Positions 63,465 to 64,000 of a stretch of DNA of 64,000 bases are shown here, piece after piece. The translations under genes and the position numbers were made by a program. How positions within the stretch are numbered: the stretch's first letter is position 1; each line of letters starts with the position of its first letter. The notes beneath the pieces were generated by a model. That model was given only the letters and a program-made list of their open reading frames with translations, was not told the origin of the DNA and ran no database searches. The stretch is from the NCBI GenBank assembly GCA_051294375.1, contig CM119264.1, positions 18,851,948 to 18,915,947 on the forward strand, written 5' to 3'. The DNA is from Paraspadella gotoi (Eukaryota > Animalia > Chaetognatha).

Positions 63465-63662
63465 TTAGTCCTTCTTCCGTAAGACATGCCACATGGCGGT
63501 GGGAACCCTGGGCTTTATCAACATTTCATTCCAATGCTTGGACTCCGTGGGGCCCGACTGCGCGCCGAGCAGCACTGACCCAATCGTGTCGTTACTCCCG
63601 ATGACGTCGTGGTCGCGGACAATAATTAACAGCTGAACCTCCCGGAGTCGGGTCAGCGGAAC
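63465..63662 (-). CDS. Last exon of a synaptotagmin-7-like gene (end of C2B); the gene continues beyond the window
   Basis: ttttag|VPLTRLREVQLLIIVRDHDVIGSNDTIGSVLLGAQSGPTESKHWNEMLIKPRVPTAMWHVLRKKD*. It has the C2B DxD..ND.IG pattern, SGP.E.KHW as in SYT7, and the terminal WHxL motif. Confidence 0.85.
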   Translation of the reverse strand, partial: VPLTRLREVQLLIIVRDHDVIGSNDTIGSVLLGAQSGPTESKHWNEMLIKPRVPTAMWHVLRKKD

Positions 63663-63704
63663 CTAAAAGGGATTTTGAATCCGGATGTACGCTATTTTAC
63701 ATTC

Positions 63705-63742
63705 GCCGACCGGGATTTTGCGGTCGGTTTTTTTTTTTTTTT
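63705..63742 (+). other. GC hairpin plus T-run in the synaptotagmin intron (possible Helentron-type 3' end)
   Basis: GCCGACCG-ggattttg-CGGTCGGT followed by ~14 T. Confidence 0.35.
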
Positions 63743-64000
63743 CCCCTATGTCAGTTATGAGCGACGTATAGAAATCTCTCTACTCAAAAAATCAAAAAAA
63801 GGATACTGGTAAGGGTAGAAAAACTTAACCCGGGTAACTTTATTATTCGATGTCTGCAACCAACCTTACCTACCACCAGTTAATCCATTTAATTTTTGTT
63901 TTCCCTCTAGCGTCGAGTCTCAGTTTGTGCAAATTTTTTAAATTTTATTTTAATTACTATTTTTTATTTTTGAAGTAGAAAATGAATTGTTTACGTACGA

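Noticed and set aside
63480-63745. Structured ncRNA with a terminator-like end on the + strand
   Set aside because: The GC-rich part is the minus-strand synaptotagmin exon, and bacterial-type terminators do not apply in this eukaryotic context.

Overview
AT-rich, intron-rich invertebrate animal scaffold. It has GC-rich exons, short introns, dense (CT)n/(GA)n tracts and N gaps. The first ~8 kb shows assembly damage: an error-rich start and near-identical blocks duplicated across gaps. Genes read from the sequence, in order: a GT31 beta-1,3-glycosyltransferase (+); two tandem ceramide-kinase-like genes with C-terminal hydrophobic tails (+); a secreted two-ShK-domain protein (-); frizzled 5/8 (+); a multi-exon stathmin-domain gene (+) only partly visible in the ORF track; a tentative small orphan gene head-to-head with a complete 24-exon KDM5/lid demethylase (+); and the last exon of a synaptotagmin-7-like gene (-). 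The most notable signals are: (1) two fold-back insertions carrying minimal Penelope-type hammerhead ribozyme cores, one a perfect 78-bp stem with an 18-bp flanking direct repeat in a KDM5 intron; (2) two oppositely oriented, hairpin-dense ~200-240 nt elements sharing a TGTGGCG..CGCCTC(A/C)CG terminal hairpin; (3) reciprocal intron presence/absence between the kinase paralogs, one intron bounded by an 8-bp direct repeat; (4) divergent kinase motifs plus a homogenised tail anchor; (5) frequent AAG acceptors. All gene models were assembled by hand, and no searches or folding programs were run.
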